From contig NC_087437.1 of NCBI RefSeq assembly GCF_036321535.1, positions 41,542,001 through 41,606,000 on the forward strand: a stretch of DNA of 64,000 nt, given 5' to 3'. Numbering within the stretch: the first letter of the stretch is position 1; the number at the start of each line of letters is the position of its first letter. This DNA comes from Camelus dromedarius. Lineage: Eukaryota. Below the pieces are notes generated by a model. It made no database searches. It worked only from the letters and a program-made list of their open reading frames with translations, and was not told where the DNA came from. Of this stretch, positions 57,419 through 64,000 are shown piece by piece. The translations under genes were made by a program, and so were the position numbers.

Positions 57419-57439
57419 ATTTTTTAATAACATGTTTTT

Positions 57440-58110
57440 TAAAATAGTGGTAAAATACACAGAACATAAAATTTACCATAGTAATCATTTTTAAGTATAC
57501 AACTCAGTGGTATTAAGTACGTTCATATTGTGCAACCATCACCACTATCCATCTCCAGAACTTTTCATTTTGTGAAAGTGAAATTCTGTACCCACTCAAC
57601 TCCCCATTCCCTCCTCCCCCCAAACCCTGGCAAACACCATCTATTTTCTGTGTCCATGAATTTGACTACTCTAGGTATCTCATATAAATGGAATCATACA
57701 ATATTTGTCTTTTTATGACTTATTTCACTTAGAATAATGTCTTCAAGGTTCATTTAGGTTTTATCATATGTCAGAATTTCCTTCCTTTTTAAGACTGAAT
57801 CATATTCCACTGTATGTATACACCAATCCATTACTGAGAGTGTGATAGTAGAGTGTCCAACTATTACTATGGAACTGTTTTATTTCACCCTTCAATTCTG
57901 TCAGTGTTTCCTTTATATATTTGGATGGTCATTATTACATATATAATTGTTTGTAACTGCTATATTTTCTTTCTTGCTGCATTACACTTTTTATTAACAT
58001 TTAATCTTTGTCTATTATAAACTTTTTTCATTTAAAGTCTCTTTTGTCCAATATTTGTATAGCCATTCCTGTTCTCTTTCTGTTACTATCTATGTGGAAT
58101 ATCTTTTTTT
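57440..58110 (-). mobile_element. LINE-1 fragments (L1MB-like 3' end plus ORF2 piece)
   Basis: cataaaatttaccat...gtgcaaccatcaccactatccatctccagaacttttcat; ttatttcacttag. Confidence 0.85.
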
Positions 58111-58699
58111 AACCAAGAGAAATATGTAATTGTCATATATTTTAAGCCTGCTGGAGATTTACTAATTCATTGTCTTGATGTACCTCAGTTATTGAGCAAT
58201 ATTTACTGATAGGCTTCAGATGTTCGGTAAAGTATCAAATAGCTTTTTTCAAATTGTTTATCATTTTAATTTACTATATTAGTACTTTATACAAAGTGCT
58301 ATTAAGAAAAGCACTTTAAATCCTAGAAGAGCTCTCTTTGTTGCTATCAATGTTCAAGTGATGTCCTGGGGAGGTCACATCTAAGAGGTTCCAAGATAAT
58401 CTTAACAAGGAGTATGGAAACTTGACAGGGCTCTTGAATATTAAAACAGCTGTAGGAAGAATGTTCTTGGCTGAATTATCAGGGTAAAAGAAGCAGAAAT
58501 GAGAACTCTGCTGACTCCATCAATATCAGAAGTATAAGAAAGTATAGTCATTTGTTTTATTTCTGAGAAGTTCACAATACTGTTTATTCAAAATATACAT
58601 TAGGGAATTCTACAGATTACCACTGCTTCAAGCAAGACATATCTGAAAATCAACAGAATAACAAAGAACAAACCCTGTTGAGCAAGATGACCCGAATAC

Positions 58700-58810
58700 C
58701 TTTATGTTGGGGTGTAGATGCATCAAAATCCTCTTGCTGTATTCACTGTTGATTCCAAGAGCAAGTTCCACCTCTTTGTAGAGCATAACGAAGATCCTCA
58801 CCCCCTGTTG
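58700..58810 (-). CDS. PLD1: PLD1 exon (human-equivalent 13), 111 nt, [37 protein letters not shown]
   Basis: Acceptor TAACAG|CAA, donor AAG|GTATTC; 37 codons, phase 0/0. Missed by the ORF track. Confidence 0.96.
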
Positions 58811-61496
58811 CTGTTACAGAAGAAAACATAGGGAGTAATAAGAATTTTTAGAGGTAGGTTATGATTTTTCTTTTTCTTCTTCCTTTCTGGGCATTGTACT
58901 TTCTAAAACTTTCCTCTATAAACAAGTATAACACAATTTTTAATGAAAAATACAATACAAGGAGGTGATATATAAGTGTATATTAAGACACAAATATAAA
59001 AAAAAATGTATCTCCTTTCTATTCTTTGACTTGTAATCCTGAGAATCCATATGGGACTAATTACAGCCAGAAAGTTGAAATTGCAGCCTCAAATACTAAA
59101 AGGGTCTGATATCAGATAGTCTTACACCTTTGAACGTCTCCAAACACTTGACATTGAGGAAAAATTTGGACCTGATTCGTGTTACAGGATTAGGGTTTTT
59201 TGTTTTTATTATACCAAAATTAGTTGAAAACACCGGGTTTTAAAAACTCCAATGCAATAAATTAGGCTACACATGCCTTAAATATTTCTGGGAGTATTTT
59301 CACAGAATTTTTCTTTACTAAAATTTATTTTAGTGGAAAAAAACATTTCTTAATCTTCAGAGGAGAATGTGTTGGTTCATACTCTTCACCCATAATTAAA
59401 TCATCAATGTCTGTTTCACAACTGAAATGACTTCTTCAGAAGTCTGCTTCTCTAACATTAAAAACTCCCTGAGTTTTAGCAGCAGCACACAAATTAATAT
59501 TGATCCATCCTTAGACCTTGGGCCTAAAAGGAAATAGACAAGGACATGGTGAAGGTCAAATTAAATTAAAAAATGCCTGGTAAACATTAACATGCTGTAC
59601 AAATAACATTTATTATTAATATTAACCATCAAAAACATAATGTCCAACAGCTGGTAGTACAGAAAAGTACTAGTATTTTCTCTCCTAGTTCTGGGTGGTG
59701 GCAGAGTTTTAGCCTATGATAAATTGCCCCACACCTTAACGTCCCTTCCCTTCTCTCTGTCCTCTCATACAGTTCTCCCACCAATATCTCCAGGAAACAC
59801 TATGTTATTTATCCCGACTTCTTGTCTTTTTTTTTTTTTTCGCTTTTTAGGTTTGCATCTTCAGTATTGCTGTGCTGTTTGCAACATCTTAATTTGCATT
59901 TCCTATTCCCAGCAGCTCTGAAATTATTTGGAAATACATTATATACATATTAGATACTATAGCTACACTTAGGCATTTAGTATCTTGGAGATTTAAGCAA
60001 GAAGTTTCCTGTAGTACTTTCTAGAGTATTAGATATACAGGCATATCTAATAAACTACAGTGACAAAGAATAATTTAGTTACAGTTTAAGTTTAATCCAT
60101 GGTAATTAGATTTATAAGATACCTAATTTATAAGAACTGGGTTTTTGGCAATGCTATAAAAATGTGAAGTAACATATGAGTTAATATTTTAAGGTTGTAA
60201 GATAGAAAACCTTGGAATAAGCCAAATATACATACAATTCCCCCATGTTTCTCTCCCAATATTGGGAAGAATATTTTGGTCCCTAAATTCTTATAATAAT
60301 TCATCACTTCAAAATACTAACTCTATCTTACTTGGTGTTAGTAGTATCTGAAAAGTGTATTCAGTTTTGAAGGGACACACTAGATTTACATTCTGGGCTG
60401 CATTAAGAAAATTAAATGAGTACTGGGAGAAGACCATTCTAGTTCTGAAAAAACTGGATTAAAGCATGTATTTTATTTCTCTGGTTAACAGCTGACTTTT
60501 GGAAGTGGCTTATTATTTATTATATTGCACACAACTATTATTATAATCAAGTACATAAATACAGACTTGATTAAAGAAATAGGAAGTAAAAGTGCAGGCA
60601 GGAAGTGGGCAGATTAATTTCTAATGATATGGCCAGTGAGTGCTCTAAATGAAAACTAGAACATTATTTTATTTTTTTGCCTCCATCATTCAGATCCACT
60701 TCACTCTGAGTATTTTAAGATTCAGCACTAAATAACAGTTACAAAAAAATAGCTTCCCATTGAATGATACAATATAAAGTTTAAAACCCTAAATTTTAAC
60801 CTAAATTATAGAGCATTACACCTTACATCTTTCATCATGGTTCATTTGTTTTAAATGGATGAAATTCTGCTTCTTAGGCTTATGAGATTATTACCCATGA
60901 AGGACAGTAGTCGCATATTAGGAACTGGTCTGAATCTCACAATTTTCCATCTACCTGTATAACTAATGGATTTTGGAAATAATGGAGATGTTAATGCTAA
61001 TGGATTATAGTATATCCTCCATCTACTAATAGCTGACATTTTCTTCTATACTGTATCTTTTCCCATTGAAATAGATTAACTCTAAAAGAAAGAGGGTATG
61101 CACTTTAAGTCTTTCCAGCTTAAGTAGAGATGACTAATAAGGAAGTAACTAAATATAAAAAGTTCATTTTTATATAGTCTGGTTTACAATTATTCACTAA
61201 CATCCATACCCACAATAAGCAGTTAATTAGTGACAAGATTTTTGTGGTAATAAAGCAATAAAGTCCTCTTCTTCTGCTCAAGGTATTACACCACTACCAT
61301 AAACTTTAAATTATAAAGGGCAAAGCAAAATACGTCCCTTGGGAATGAGAGCATTTGTTGGGTCATATAGTGCAGACTTATACAAAATTGAGAAATATTT
61401 GTGCAAAATGAAAGCCAAATTAGAAAAAAAAAAAAGGGTTAATTCTGTAATTAAACATTCTGATGTTAATTCTGTAATTTAAAAAATGCACTTTTG

Positions 61497-61630
61497 CGGG
61501 GCAGAGAATAGCTCATAGTGGTGGAGTGCATGCTTAGCATGCACCAGGTCCTAGGTTCAATCCCCAGTACCTCCTCCATAAATAAACAAATAAACCTAAT
61601 TACTGAAAAAAAAAATCTATAAATAAAATT
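61497..61630 (+). mobile_element. tRNA-derived SINE (camelid Vic-1-like)
   Basis: A/B boxes, AATAAACCTAATTAC tail, perfect 15-bp TSD AAAAATGCACTTTTG (61482-61496 / 61631-61645). Confidence 0.9.
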
Positions 61631-64000
61631 AAAAATGCACTTTTGAGGCATCCAGTGTTTTACCAATGTCTTTTAGTGACCCTAGGGGAAATTATTTTTT
61701 GCTTAGAAGAGAAGTATTAATAGGGGAAGTAGGAAAGCAGATGGCCTGGACTTGACTGTTTCCTGGGTTTCTAGGCTTCGATGCCATGTTTCTTATCTCT
61801 GCTGAAGTCAACTAACCTGAAGTCCACAGAATAAACTTCACGACACCTGAGTTTCAAAAGGTAAAAGTTCTATCCTCTCTTCTAATTATTTTTTAATCCA
61901 GTAGAGCAGACAGAATACTAGAAGCAGTAGGAATGTTTAGGCCCTTTACACATACAAATGCAAATGAAGAAAATGAAAAATAAAAATTGTTCTAGAGTTG
62001 AAATCAAGAGACTGTTTCTGAGACAGCTTTTTCTCTGATTGCTCAAAGCACTGTGGTCCAAATATTTTCTAACGTAGGCAGATTTGTCCATTGGCTCAAG
62101 ATAGCTTAGCTTAACATCTGCAGGATAACCACTAATTTTATCACCTGTCAAGGACTTTCCCAGGGAGGGTGCAATATTCCGGGAAAATGAAAAGTCAAAG
62201 ATAAAAAGAAGTAATTTCCCCACCATTTAATTAAGTGCAGGCAGCATTGGGATGTAAGAGCACAAATGCTCATGCACCATTTTTTTAAAACCAGTTTTGT
62301 TTAAAGAACAGTCCTGAAGGTTGAAGATCCTTTCTCTCCCCAACCACGCCCTTCTAGCCCACCATTTTGATAAGATTCTCTTTTTTTTCTTGTGCAGAGA
62401 TGAGATTATTCATCTCACTTGATGAAGCTGGACGTCTTTCCCTCCTATTGGTCACTGACTGCAGCTCTAGAATGTGCCTAGTGGTCTAGGGCAGAATGAA
62501 ATGAATCTGACGACAACCTCCCCATTACTCCCCACCCCCGACCCAGAGAACCTAGGTTCTGTAAGTCTCCCGGATCTCCAGGATTCTGTACTTGAAGAAC
62601 TTCTTGGTGCAAGTCTCATCAGCAATATTACGTATTCTAAAGTTAAAATATACAAATTCGGTTCAGGGATATAGGTACCATAACTATGATGCAACTCATC
62701 TCACCTCTTAGTGCAGTAAATGCAGAACTGTGAAAAACCCTGGGATGCTGATTTGAGCTGTAAACAGGCTTCCTCTCAATGCTGGCCAACACTATGTCAA
62801 ATGATGACACTGCACATCAGAAGGCCAATGCAACAGGAAAATACCAACTTGGTTGTTACCAGAGAAACAAAATATTATATTTTCCCCCGAAAAACAATTA
62901 TTAAGAGATATTTGACTATATGTTGGCTATAAGGCAGAGGCACTAAATTTCTCCCTCTAAATCCAAACACAACCACACTGAAGAAAAAAAATTCATTTTA
63001 ATCAACCTCATGGACCTCCAGGACCGATTAATGCAAGAATAAGTGTTATTTTCAACCCAGTGAAGCTAGTGGCTTTCAGAAACTAAATTATTTATGTGAA
63101 GCAGTGTTTATGAGTCGATGAAATGTCAATTTGGAATGATATGAGCATTAAAAATTTATGACCAAAATAATAATATGGTGTAGCTGGATTAAGGAGGAGC
63201 AATTCTGCTAAATGTACCACTGAGAGATTAATATTTAATAGTATCACTATTTCCTTAGGAAATTTTAAAAATCTTCACACACAATTTAAAAACTGTAAGT
63301 TTCGGGAAGCAGATGAAATTGAAACAAAGGACCTTCTCAGGCAGTAACATTTACTCGGCTGTGCTGTTCAACTGGGACCTCACCAGAGTTCAGGGGCCAT
63401 AAAAACAAAGAAAAGCCGTAACAGTGATACAAAAGGCAGCTGGATAGTACACTGAGGGGAATGAACAAACAGAGGCCAGTGAACATGTGAGGTGGAGGGC
63501 CAGGCTTGCAGGTTCCTCCTCCCAAGCCTGCCTCTGGCAATACTAGCTTTCTGGAGTTTACTCAGATGTCCCCTAGGCACCTCACACTCACGTGAGCTAG
63601 AATTTGGCTCTCTGATTCTGGGTTCGTCCCACTCCCTTTTAATTCCAGATGCACCTTCCCCATGTACCATTTTGATTGGATTGCTCTTCATCCATCACAC
63701 ATCCCACAGCAGTTCACCACTGTGTTGCATTAAGCCCAGACCACTGGCTTGGCTCACAAAGCCCCCACATCCCAGCTGCCTTTCCAGCCTGGACTCCCCT
63801 CCTACCTATGCTAACACATCAACCATGTCACCTTGCTGTGACTGACAAGGCCTTACCGATTCCTGCCTCCAGAATGTTTCCTCACCACATTTGTGAGCAT
63901 ACACTGCTTCAGTTATTTACTTTTTATGACAAAAAGAGCCAACTCAAGGCTCACCGAGAATCTACAGGGTCAATTTCACACTATTACCATGAACTGTCCC

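Noticed and set aside
62290..62350. Faint resemblance to the expected upstream PLD1 exon (LSPEIFLKRPVV...)
   Set aside because: Does not translate to the expected peptide and lacks proper splice sites; that exon is probably beyond the window.

Overview
Mammalian genomic DNA, probably a camelid: it carries three tRNA-derived SINEs resembling the camelid Vic-1 family. The whole window lies inside the phospholipase D1 gene (PLD1) on the minus strand. I delimited 14 consecutive coding exons base by base (human-equivalent exons 13-26, numbering inferred). All have AG/GT boundaries and compatible phases, with no stops or frameshifts. They encode both HKD catalytic motifs, the PLD1-specific loop, the 114-nt PLD1a/PLD1b cassette exon and the polybasic PIP2-binding region. 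The 5' exons and the last exon lie outside the window. Introns are filled with ordinary mammalian repeats (L1, L2, MIR, LTR relics, MER2, hAT MITEs, microsatellites). Almost all ORFs in the supplied track are spurious or are exon read-throughs. I found no convincing new biological system. The best second-look items are: a probable frameshifted orthologue of the PLD1a2/b2 alternative terminal exon; a ~230-bp direct repeat flanking the first HKD exon; apparent loss of the Ser505 phosphosite; RBFOX motifs around the cassette exon; and a few intronic structural or regulatory oddities. Comparisons with human PLD1 and repeat family names come from memory and need checking by alignment.
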